This document shows, piece by piece, positions 1 to 9,540 of a DNA stretch of 28,808 nt (positions are counted from its first letter, which is position 1; each line of letters opens with the position of its first letter). The position numbers and the translations under genes are program-made. Source of the stretch: Octopus sinensis (Eukaryota); NCBI RefSeq assembly GCF_006345805.1, contig NW_021833509.1, positions 1 to 28,808 of the forward strand, given 5' to 3'. Under the pieces are notes generated by a model. That model made no database searches, had not been told where the DNA came from, and saw only the letters and a program-made list of their open reading frames with translations.

Positions 1-216
1 CTTCCAAGTGGAGGTCACTAAGATGGTGTTTCAGTGAGGACGAAGAAAGGGATGTGGTTTGGATGGGCCTCGACCCAGTCCTCCAGGAATTCTTATCTTC
101 CATTTTTGTGTATTGGTGGAAGGGCTGATGCCTTGGGCATTAAGCAAAATGTTGAGGCGAGTGGATGGGTTTAATTGTTTTGGTGATTTGTTTATTTGAT
201 TGCTTTTTAATGGCAT
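1..216 (-). pseudogene. ORF2 N-terminus (APE endonuclease), frameshifted
   Basis: ATG at 216 (MPLKSNQ...ILLNAQGI). Two frameshifts are needed to reach VLTETHL. It overlaps the apparent ORF1 stop at 207-209. Confidence 0.7.
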
Positions 217-640
217 GTGCAGTGGGGTATTTGTGGTGGATGGTGGTGGGTGATAGCTCGGATGTTTTTTTCCAGTTCTTTTGCTAGATTCATCATACTA
301 AAAAAGAGGAAGAAGAGGTGGTTTCCTGTCTAGGGAACCGCAGGTGACTGTGGCCGCGGCTATTTTTATGTGAGTGGTTATCTTTAAATGTCCGACGAGT
401 CCCCCGGAGATGGGTAAAGGGCAATCCCTGTGCAGACACAATCTGTCTCGCTGGGAATAGCGGCAGATTTGGGGATTCCTTGTTTGAGATATGTGGTTGT
501 GGTGGTGTTGTATTATGGTGGTTGCTGTTGTAGTTTGTGGGGATAGAGCGTTTTGTTCCAGGTAAATGGGTGAATTTGCAGTCTCTATCAGTGCACAGTC
601 TATGGCGAAGAGAATATCGGCAAATGATGGGGTTTCGAGT
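1..640 (-). mobile_element. CR1-group non-LTR retrotransposon, 5' portion (ORF1 C-terminus plus start of ORF2 endonuclease), running off the window edge
   Basis: Minus-strand translation across frameshifts gives ILLNAQGISPSTNTQKWKI / EFLEDWVEAHPNHIPFFVLTET / HLSDLHLE, matching the first strands and catalytic Glu of an APE endonuclease. Upstream are two C-x8-C-x4-C-x3-H-L-x-GT-[KR]R repeats resembling the ORF1 Cys/His motif I recall from CR1-group elements. Confidence 0.75.
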
Positions 641-984
641 GGGTGTGTAGGTGCGTGTGTGTGTGTGAGTTGTGAAAGGTGTAGATGAAAGGAGAAATAT
701 GTAGAATTGGTTGTACAGAATGTTTGCTGTAATACTGAGAAGTTTGTATTTGAATTATGAGCTTGTAGTTATTTTATCTTTCTTTTCTTTTCTTTTTTTC
801 CCTCTTTTTCTAATTTTTAATGTGTGGGTGATTCTTTAGTTATCAGAAGGTGTTTGAAAATATTTGGTCGTTTGAAAGTTATGACAATAGTTTGTGGTTA
901 AGGAAAAGTCTACTCACGAGTTGGGAAAAAGCGTGGTTTCAAATATACAGGAATATATGTGATGTCAATTACGACGAATATATG

Positions 985-1297
985 ATAAAATATATATACA
1001 AATATATAAATATATATACATATATATATATATACATAGATATATATATACAATATATATAAGATATACATATTATATATCATATATATATATATACATA
1101 CATATATATATATACATACATATATAATATATACCTACATATATATATATACATACATATATATATACATACATATATATATATACATACATATATAATA
1201 CATACATAATATATATACATATATATATATATATACATATTATATATATACATATATATATACATACATATATATATACATACATATATACATATAC

Positions 1298-1331
<34 letters not shown>

Positions 1332-1566
1332 ATATACATACATATATCTATATATATACATACATAATCTATATACATACATATATCTATATATATACAT
1401 CATATAGATATACATATATATTATAGCATATATATATATATATATACATATATAATTTAATACATACATATATATATATAATACATACATACATACATAT
1501 ATATATATATACATACTACATACATCATACATACATACATACATACATACAACATATGTATATATA
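985..1566. repeat. Compound (TA)n/(TACA)n microsatellite, ~580 bp
   Basis: Seen directly; it explains the Y/I/M/C/V-rich ORFs in the ORF track. Confidence 0.97.
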
Positions 1567-2497
1567 AATGCAGAGAGGGAGTATGTTGTAGGAGCAAGAC
1601 GTGTCGTGTTGTAGATAATCGCTCGTCTATATGTTCCATGAGACCTCTGGACATCTTCATGTTGTTTCTGTGAGAAATATCCAACATAACTAACGGAATT
1701 CTCTGTCAAGAAGTAAAACAGCACTTAGTCTGGGAACACCCACATGTTAATTTTTACAACGGACCACCAATGCATAACTATCTATGCTTATTTATGGTAA
1801 AAACACCACGATTTTATGTATAAACATGTGTTGTTGTTTTTTCTGTTTGTTTGTTTTTTGTTAGTCCCACAAATCTCCTTTACATGTCGAATCATAACCG
1901 AACAAATCTCAAAATATGAATCCTTTTATAAATATTCAAACTAATACTGCAGTTTCCGAATATCAATACTATTTAACGATGTAAACGGGTCAGATGTGTT
2001 ATAAATAAATATGCACTCATGCATGCGCAGACAATCTGAACTATAGGTTTTATGCGTCAGCCTACGTCCAGCTGTATCTGAGTCTGTCAATGTATTTACA
2101 TAAATATGTGGTCGGTGTTTATGATCGCATATATATTAGGAGTTTTTTTGCCTACTATAGACGTTTGCTTTTATGACATGCGGAAATCAGATAAGATATT
2201 TCTAATGATCGTGTTTCCATGTAAGGATAGACATCTTTATAGTTATTCGCTGCCGACTAAATATGCATTTCACAAAATACGTTGTTCAATGAGTGAATGA
2301 CTAAGTTTGTGGTAAATTAACCACCGCCAACAAAGAATTCTGCGCTTTCATTCGAGACAACTCTGCTGCAAATATTCGAAGCAGAAATGTCCTTCCTTGT
2401 ACCAAAATTACTTAACTCACTTTCCCACGTGTTGGGCATTGTCAATGGCATCTACACGATTTAAGGATACAATCCTTCAGGGAAATATTAGTTCCAC

Positions 2498-2599
2498 ATT
2501 GTTGTCAGAAGGTCAGCAATTTAAGAGCACTGGGTAAGCCGGGAAAAAATACCGATGAGCATTTTATCCGGCGCGGTACACTCCTGCCAGCGCCACGCC
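2498..2599 (-). mobile_element. Degenerate, internally deleted tRNA-derived SINE
   Basis: ggtcagcaattta (tail piece also seen at 8328) joined to aaataccgatgagcatttt..ccggcgcg..ctgccagc, the reverse complement of the SINE head at 6637. Confidence 0.5.
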
Positions 2600-2676
2600 A
2601 TTCTTGAGTAAACTATTAAGATGTGATTTCAATCATGTTTGTTATTTTACTGTTTTAAAATAACATATTTCTAAAT

Positions 2677-2718
2677 CACACACACACACATGCACACACA
2701 TATACACACACACATATA
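2677..2718. repeat. (CA)n/(TA)n microsatellite
   Basis: Seen directly. Confidence 0.85.
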
Positions 2719-3362
2719 TGCATGTATATTAGCACATTGACTAATCACACAGCTCAATGTCTGTAGCCAGAGATAACGCGACGTTATTTTTCACAGGTCT
2801 TGTGCCATTTAATTTGTATTGCAACCTTTTTGATTTTGATTTGCATACTTTACACGCCTGAGCAGACGGTCTGTTTGATGTTTGTTAGGCTGGGGGAACA
2901 AAAATGTATGAATTAATATAATCAATTCACAGAGGAGCAACCTGTAATATAATGACTATATAATCAAGCATGCCAGCTGATTTCTTTAATATTGATCATT
3001 TAATGATATTATATGCAGAATATATAAATATATAATATGTATGTATATGCATATTATATATGCATACACATATGCACACAAATATATAACAATTTTATTT
3101 ATCTCTAGCTTTGAAAATAATTCACACACACACACATTCTTATCATGTTAAAAGCATACATATGCGGCCAATTAATTATCGACCTCTTGCTAATAACATT
3201 GCACTTGACAATAATATTCTTCTTATGAATATTTTCAACTTTACTGTTTTCATTGTATAGATGTATATGGAATTCTGTGTGTGAGTATCTGTTTATATAC
3301 GTATAATTATACGTGAGCATATACGTGTGTATGCATATGTATGTACGTTGTGTGTATGCATG

Positions 3363-3383
3363 CAGACAGACAGACAGACAGAC

Positions 3384-3444
<61 letters not shown>
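3363..3444. repeat. (CAGA)n(TAGA)n microsatellite abutting the LINE 3' end
   Basis: Seen directly. Confidence 0.97.
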
Positions 3445-5323
3445 TGTTTCTTTATTAGCCACACAGGGCTGCACACAGATAGAACAAATTACAAGGTAGA
3501 GCTTTTCTTTTGAGGGTTTAAAAAAAAAGGAGAGGGGGAGTTTCGATCAAAAGGGATCGTAAAAGGAGAGAAAGAGGACAAAAAAAGGGGGGTTAAAATA
3601 AAAGGGGGAGAGGAAAAATTGATCAATAGGGATCGTTATCACAGGAATGTCAATATGAAGTGTAAAGGGGAGGACAGGTGAGGTTTACCCGTGGAAAGAA
3701 AAGCCTACGGAAAAGACCACGGTAACCTCGGTCAATGAAGTCACATGTTATATTTCTTTTTTTTTTTTGCAAATAAGCAACTCTCTGTAATGATTTTTAT
3801 GGTTCATAGAATCATAGTCAAGGTGGCTTCGTCATTCATACGTGCCATCCTTGCTACATTCACCCATCTTTTTTTAAAACATTCACTAGACAAAACTTGC
3901 CTCTCTACTCTCACTTTCCTTTTCAAGTGGTACTTGAAGAAGTTGATGAGAGATTGACCAGAGAGGAAAGTGTTTCTCTCCAATCCTTTCAGACGCGTCC
4001 ACCAGATACATTCTTTCGCCATAGCCACAAGTATGATAAAAATAGCTCTTCCTTCCCGTTTGAAGGAAGGAGGCGTGACGATATTAACGATAGACTCGGC
4101 TTATAAACCGACACGTCCCACACGTGACAGCAGTCGTTCGACATAAGCCCACAGGTCGGAAATTGCTGGACACTGCACGAGTGCGTGCAGAGCGGTTTCG
4201 TCGCTCTGCCCGCATCTCGGGCAGGTCGGCCCCGTGTTTCTCGAGCCATGCCTATAGAGCTTATCCCCAACGGGTAGCGCTTCTCGGTAGCACCGCCAGG
4301 CCAGGGATCTCTGGAAGTTGTCCATAGGTCCCGGGCCGAAAGTCGTTTGAAACAGGCGGGTCAGGTATTCCTCGTCGACGCCCAGGTTTGCCCCGAGCTC
4401 GTCGTCGTACCTCCCCTCCACTAATCCCCTATAGAATGCTTTGGTTGTGTTGAAGTCACTCAAGGTCGACCCGGGACGGCAGAGTTGCTTGAGAGCAACG
4501 CGACACTCGCGGTGCCATTCGCCCTTCCTCGGCCTCTTTTTGATCCACGACTGTAGTTCGGTCATGGAGACGAGTTGCGGAAATGCGTGCCTCACAAACG
4601 GCGACCACACTTGTTCACCGTCGTCTACATAGAGCCGGAGATGTCGCAGTCTCAGCGCGTGTCTGCGCATCATCAACCACGGCATGTCCAGCCCTCCTTT
4701 TAACGGGTGTTGACAGCAAATGGATCGCCTGACCATCGGGACGCATCCTTTCCACAAGAAGCGGAAGAGGATGCGTTCTAGTTTGGTGATGGTAGGGTCG
4801 GGACAAGGTACGACGGTCAGGCGGTAGTAGATGATGGACGCGATGTACGCGTTTGCCACCTCCGCCCGACCTTTTAGGGACAGTTTCCTCTCGGCCCATT
4901 GCTGGGCGAGAGTGACCACCCTACTCGTTATCTCGTTCCAGTTCTTCTCCATTTGGAGGTCCGGACTGAACCAGACCCCGAGCAACTCAACCGAGCCGTC
5001 TGTCCAGCGTCCCACGACGGAGGTACTGGTGGACGGCATGGGCTTGCTTCTCCAGGTGCCGAGCCGCAAGCCCACTGACTTTTCCCGGTTGATTTTTGCT
5101 CCTGTCACCGCTTCGTAGTCTTTCAGTGTCTCGCCGACCCGCTCGATGTGCTCGTGGCTTGACACTATGACGGTGACGTCTGCATATGCGGACGACGTCA
5201 CCCTCATCGGGCGGAGGTGGCAAACGCGTACATCGCGTCCATCATCTACTACCGCCTGACCGTCGTACCTTGTCCCGACACTACCATCACCAAACTAGAA
5301 CGCATCCTCTTCTGCTTCTTGTG
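3445..5323 (-). mobile_element. L1/Tx1-type non-LTR retrotransposon, 5'-truncated with 5' inversion (copy 1)
   Basis: GC-rich block. ORF2 motifs: RT tail (INREKSVGLRLGTW, LLGVWF), HPLKGGLDMP, and C-terminal CPRCGQSDETALHALVQC (C-x2-C-x8-H-x4-C). The 3' UTR ends AATAAAGAAACA on the minus strand. Flanked on both sides by (TAGA)n. Confidence 0.9.
3804..5180 (-). pseudogene. ORF2 C-terminal part (end of RT plus zinc knuckle), one in-frame stop
   Basis: Track ORFs 4101..5207 and 3804..4028 share a frame. Reading through the TAA at 4101-4103 gives GRVGL*AESIVNIVTPPSFKREGRAIFIILVAMAKECIWWTRLKG... to the stop at 3804. Confidence 0.88.
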
Positions 5324-5337
5324 AGATAGATAGATAG

Positions 5338-5369
<32 letters not shown>

Positions 5370-5380
5370 CAGAGAGATAG
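5324..5380. repeat. (GATA)n microsatellite at the 5' junction of LINE copy 1
   Basis: Seen directly. Confidence 0.95.
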
Positions 5381-5599
5381 CGAAATAGCTCTTGGCATAC
5401 ATACACACATGCCTGTATTAATGTATGAACATGAGTATGTTTAATATATCTTTACAGCTATATTTATAGATCTCAACTTATTTACGAAGATATATAGATT
5501 CATGCATATAAATTACACTTACGTGTAGCTATTCGTATATGTAAATCACATGTATTCATATATAGATAGGTGTGTTTGTGTACGCGTGTGTGTATTAAA

Positions 5600-5623
5600 G
5601 ACAGACAGACAACAGATAGATGA

Positions 5624-5654
<31 letters not shown>
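5600..5654. repeat. (CAGA)n(TAGA)n microsatellite
   Basis: Seen directly. Confidence 0.93.
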
Positions 5655-5972
5655 TGTTTCTTTATTAGCCACACAGAGCTGGACAGAGACGGGACAAATT
5701 ACAAAGTAGAGCTTTTCTTTTGGGGGAGAAAAAAAGCAGGTGGGGTAGGTTTTCGATCAAAAGGGATCGTAGAAAGGAAAGATAAAAAGAAAAAGAAGAA
5801 ACAAAAGAAAAGAAAAGAAAAAAACGTTCAGTAGGGATCGTCTATCACAAAAATGTCATGGTGTAAAGGGGGAAGCAGATAAGGTTTATCCTTGGAAAGA
5901 AAAGCGTACGGAAAAGACCACGGTAACCTCGGTCATTAATGTCACATTTATTTGCAAGTAAGTGACTCTCTG
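5655..5972 (-). mobile_element. 3' UTR-only copy of the same Tx1-type LINE (copy 2)
   Basis: Colinear with 3445-~3787: tgtttctttattagccacacag...gtagagcttttcttttg...ttcgatcaaaagggatcgt...tacggaaaagaccacggtaacctcggtca...ctctctg, then (ATAG)n. Confidence 0.92.
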
Positions 5973-6017
5973 ATAGATAGATAGATAGATATAGATAGAT
6001 AGATAGATAGATAGATA
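5973..6017. repeat. (ATAG)n microsatellite between LINE copies 2 and 3
   Basis: Seen directly. Confidence 0.95.
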
Positions 6018-6210
6018 AGTTTCTTTATTGGCCACACAGGGCTGCATACAGATGGGACAAGTTACAAGGTAGAGCTTTTCTTTTGGGGGATGAAAAAAAC
6101 AAAAAACAAAAACAAAAGAAACAAAAAAAGGTGGCGTAGGTTTTCGATCAAAAGGGATCGTAAAAGGGAAAAAAGAACAAAAAAGAAAAAAAGAAGAAAA
6201 GGAAAAGGAA
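6018..6210 (-). mobile_element. Shorter 3' UTR-only copy of the Tx1-type LINE (copy 3)
   Basis: agtttctttattggccacacagggctgca...aaggtagagcttttcttttg...ttttcgatcaaaagggatcgtaaaa, then an A-rich tract into (GATA)n. Confidence 0.9.
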
Positions 6211-6221
6211 CAGAGATAGAC

Positions 6222-6269
<48 letters not shown>
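6211..6269. repeat. (GATA)n microsatellite
   Basis: Seen directly. Confidence 0.95.
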
Positions 6270-6636
6270 GCATACATATATGTATGAGTGTGCATTTTCT
6301 TATAGACAATACCTTAGGCATAAGATGCTTGCAATCCGCTATGTTTAGTTTTGATATCATTTTTGTAATCGACTATAATGAGGTTCAACTCAGTAAGGCA
6401 CCTCGTAACTTATTTATAATGCCTGTTCAGCTCTAAAGGATGTCTTAATAAATACAATATATCAATTCAGAAATAATTCTCCCTGCGGATTAAATTAATC
6501 GTTTAACGCAAAATCTCTGAAATTTGGTTTTTGGTTTTATTGGAGTGTAAATGCTTTCAAATCATAGCGCTTGATGACAGCGAATCAAAATTTTTTGTAC
6601 ACATCTCCATCTGCTTCAATATTTTCAATTCATCAA

Positions 6637-6871
6637 AGCGGCGAACTGGCAGAAGCGTTAGCACACCTGGCGAAATGCTTTGCCGTATTTCGTTTGTCGT
6701 TACGTTCTGAGTTCAAATTCCGCCGAGGTCGACTTTGCCTTTCATCCTTTCGAGGTCGATAAATTAAGTACCAGTTGCGCACTGGGGTCGATAAAATTGA
6801 TTTATACCGTCTGTCTGTCCTTGTTTGTCTCCTCTATGTTTAGCCCCTTGCGGGTAGTAAAGAAATAGGTA
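6637..6871 (+). mobile_element. tRNA-derived SINE, near full length (left unit of a dimer)
   Basis: A-box-like tggcagaagcgtt and B-box gagttcaaattcc (6709-6721). Central gtcgactttgcctttcatcctttcgaggtcgataaa domain resembles the Meta/MESC SINE core as I recall it. The tail is shared with the copy at 19480. Confidence 0.85.
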
Positions 6872-7035
6872 TTTCGTCTGCTGCTACGTTCTGAGTTCAA
6901 ATTCCGCCGAGAGCGACTTTGCCTTTCATACTTTCGGGATCGATAAATTAAGTACCAGTTGCGTACTAGGGTCGATCTAATTGACTCACCCCCTCCCCAC
7001 AAAATTTTAGGCATTGTACCTAGAGTAGAAAAGAT
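6868..7035 (+). mobile_element. 5'-truncated second SINE unit with a different 3' tail
   Basis: Repeats ggtatttcgtctg..gttctgagttcaaattccgccgag..gcctttcat..gataaattaagtaccagttgcg, then ends ccccctcccc..aaaatttt..tagagtagaaaagat. Confidence 0.85.
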
Positions 7036-7458
7036 ATATATACATATATAAATGTATATTATGACATAGTGTAATAGTTGCTCATATGAATCTTCTGACT
7101 GCGTTATTTGCTTCGTCACGAGTTTATATACTTCTGAGGAATAGGTTTCATTAATGTGCATCATATTACAATCACTACGTCAGGATGTTATCTTTACCTC
7201 TAGCATTGAGTTTTAAATTTTGCGTGCGTTAGTATATATTTGATAAATTTTGATTACGAAATGTATTACATTACATGCTTAACAAGGAAATAGTGTATCT
7301 ATTATAGTATTTACTGCATGGCGGGAATACTCTCCATATGCAGCCAAATTCCTAATAGATCACAAACACCTGTTTCATGGAAATAGCCCATAAAAATGAA
7401 GATGGTAAAAATCACAACTTGAATGATTTGGGTCATGTGTCCGTGAAATTCGTGTGCT

Positions 7459-7670
7459 GACAATTCGCCAACAAACAATTCCCATACGGCCTCAGACTCA
7501 ACACGAGGCCTACATCAAGTGTCTGGAGGAGGTTGTGCTACCCTGGATCAAGAGGGTTATTGCTAGAATACTATGTCTACCAACAGGACTCAGCGCCACA
7601 CCACACAATTGTCTTGTCTGTAAGTTGTCTGTAAGTTGTCTGTCGGCCAGCCGTCTGTCGACGAATTGTC
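7459..7670. repeat. Short inverted-repeat (foldback/MITE-like) remnant with internal ttgtctgtaag tandem units
   Basis: gacaattcgccaacaaac (7459-7476) matches the reverse complement of gtctgtcgacgaattgtc (7653-7670) at 15/18 positions. Confidence 0.5.
7481..7604 (+). pseudogene. Tc1/mariner-superfamily transposase internal fragment
   Basis: With frameshifts it reads GLRLNT / EAYIKCLEEVVLPWIKRV / YVYQQDSAPHHT. QQDxAPxH is the second catalytic Asp motif of Tc1/mariner transposases. Confidence 0.75.
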
Positions 7671-8307
7671 CGTCTAACGTGAAGTCAACGAGAGAAACAA
7701 GTATAACAATAGTGACAAGTCAAAATTATTCCATTGACGCCTGGGGATGAACGTCAAATTACCACCTGTGGTGTTTAGAAGCTGAACATAACTGAATGAG
7801 GCAGTTTTTATTATAGTAAATAAATAATTATTTCTAAGATATCGGTTTTCATGGTGGAATGAAATATATTGATTTCTACCAAACGTACCAGTTACATTCG
7901 TTTGAACTCATTGCGTAAAAACAATTTAAATATCGTTATTCTGCATATCTACTGCTTATGTATCACTATCGTTCTTCCCAGTTCCCTTTTGAAGTGTTGA
8001 TGATTGAATAGTCTGCAAAAATGTGTACCCTTAAAGTAGTTTCAAGGTAGAATCAACAAGGCACAGTGTGAGACAATATTCTATCTTTTGAATAACACAT
8101 GCAATATATACAACAGACTTCGATACAGTTTCTGTCTATTTATTTTCACTCATAAAATATGGGTGAATCCGAAGCTATAAAATATGACATTTGCTTAAGA
8201 TATCATGTACTAGAATCGAACCAGTGCCCCCCATTTGCGAAGCAACTCTTTAATCATTTGGTTATACTGCGCTTACATTTGCATATCTACATCCTCCTTA
8301 AGAATTC

Positions 8308-8430
8308 ATTTCAAAATTTTTGTAGAGGGTCAGCAATTTACGGAGAACGAGGGAGGATATCGATCCCAGTTCTCAGTCGGCACATATTTTATCCAACCTA
8401 CCCAAATTGATGAAAGGCAAAGTCGACCTC
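8308..8430 (-). mobile_element. 5'-truncated SINE, same family as 6637
   Basis: gatgaaaggcaaagtcgacctc is the reverse complement of the core; tttcaaaatttt..ggtcagcaattt is the reverse complement of a tail. Confidence 0.7.
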
Positions 8431-8535
8431 ATATCTCGAAACATAAAAATGGACAAACTCTCGATAATTATTTGCCCGGCATGCCAAAGATTCCACCAGC
8501 TTGCCGCTTTGTTCCCCTTAATTAACTATGTTGGC

Positions 8536-8707
8536 TTCAAATTTTGGCAATAGATCCCCAGCGCTTAACGTGTACTTATTTTATCAACCCAGAAAGGTTT
8601 AAAGGCAAAGTTGTCCTCGACGGAATTTGAACTCAGTACGCGAAAGACAGACGAAATGTCGCTAAGTATATTGCCCAGCGTGCTAACTATTCTGCCAGCT
8701 CGCCGTC
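8536..8707 (-). mobile_element. tRNA-derived SINE, same family as 6637, with an internal deletion near the tail
   Basis: ggaatttgaactcag (B-box reverse complement), gacagacgaaat..gctaag..gcgtgctaac..ttctgccagctcgccg (head reverse complement). Confidence 0.8.
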
Positions 8708-9117
8708 TTTCATCAGTAAATAATAGTTATAAAGATATATATATGGAGTTGGTAAGTTACTACTCTTTCCATCATTTTTTTTTGGGGGGGGGGAGTTGAG
8801 TCAAACTGAGAAATATTTTTAGAAACGCTAGCTTACATGTATAATTATATCTATTTATGTAGTATTATGTTCGTAATCTATAAGGATATGTTACTTATAA
8901 TATGCCTCGACAGGAACTGACCGAGAGACTAATTATTTAGATGACACTGTTCTAAGGTTCAAGTCTCCTGAAAGTAAATTCAGCTCCCATTTGAATACAC
9001 TGATGCATAAAGGGTCATGCGTGTGTAAACAATGGGTCAATGGTACTACAACTATTTATAGTAACACCAAAACCTTCAAGACATGTCTCTTAGTGTATAA
9101 TTCTGACACCTGTCTAA

Positions 9118-9517
9118 GTTTGGCTTGACAGGCAGTTTTTTAAAATAATTTTCACGTAACCAAACACTTCTAAACTTCGTATACTGGTAGAATGTGTTTA
9201 TAAAACATCTTTTTCTCTTGGCTTTATTGAGAAAATTCTATAGTTTGTAAGATATTTGTTTTTTTCTTCAATTTCTGCAATTTCAACAAATCAATGACGT
9301 CTATTGAGGTGAAAATATTCTGTGCCGTATGAATATGCCCCTCGTTTAAGAAACAGATTGGGTTTATTTACATTTCTGAAGTAAAAAAGATACCCTTCCC
9401 CCGACCCTAACCCTAAAACAGATTGAAATGCAATAGATCGATACTAGGGTCATAATTATGGGTGACAATTTTATATGACACTGCTAGAAAGAACTGCCAT
9501 TCAAACCGAAAAGATCC
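9118..9517. mobile_element. ~400 bp non-autonomous DNA element (MITE-like) with degenerate TIRs
   Basis: The right end aactgccattcaaaccgaaaagatcc is the imperfect reverse complement of the left end tttggcttgacaggcagtt. No coding capacity. Contains ccctaaccctaa internally. Confidence 0.55.
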
Positions 9518-9540
9518 GTGAATTGTGCTCCCATGTGGTC

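Noticed and set aside
850-1724. Several 70-214 aa ORFs rich in Y/I/M/C/V
   Set aside because: They are translations of (TA)n/(TACA)n microsatellite, which lacks stops in several frames.
4124-5223. Alternative-frame and antisense ORFs over the Tx1 element
   Set aside because: Shadow ORFs of a GC-rich coding sequence.
3363-6269. Repeat-spacer-repeat pattern superficially like a CRISPR array
   Set aside because: The repeats are variable-length tetranucleotide microsatellites and the spacers are homologous LINE 3' ends, in eukaryotic DNA with no cas genes.
6637-6730. tRNA-like A/B boxes as a possible tRNA gene
   Set aside because: No cloverleaf; it continues into the SINE core and recurs as degenerate copies.
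9405-9416. (CCCTAA)2 telomere-like hexamers
   Set aside because: Only two units, inside a MITE-like element; not an interstitial telomere array.
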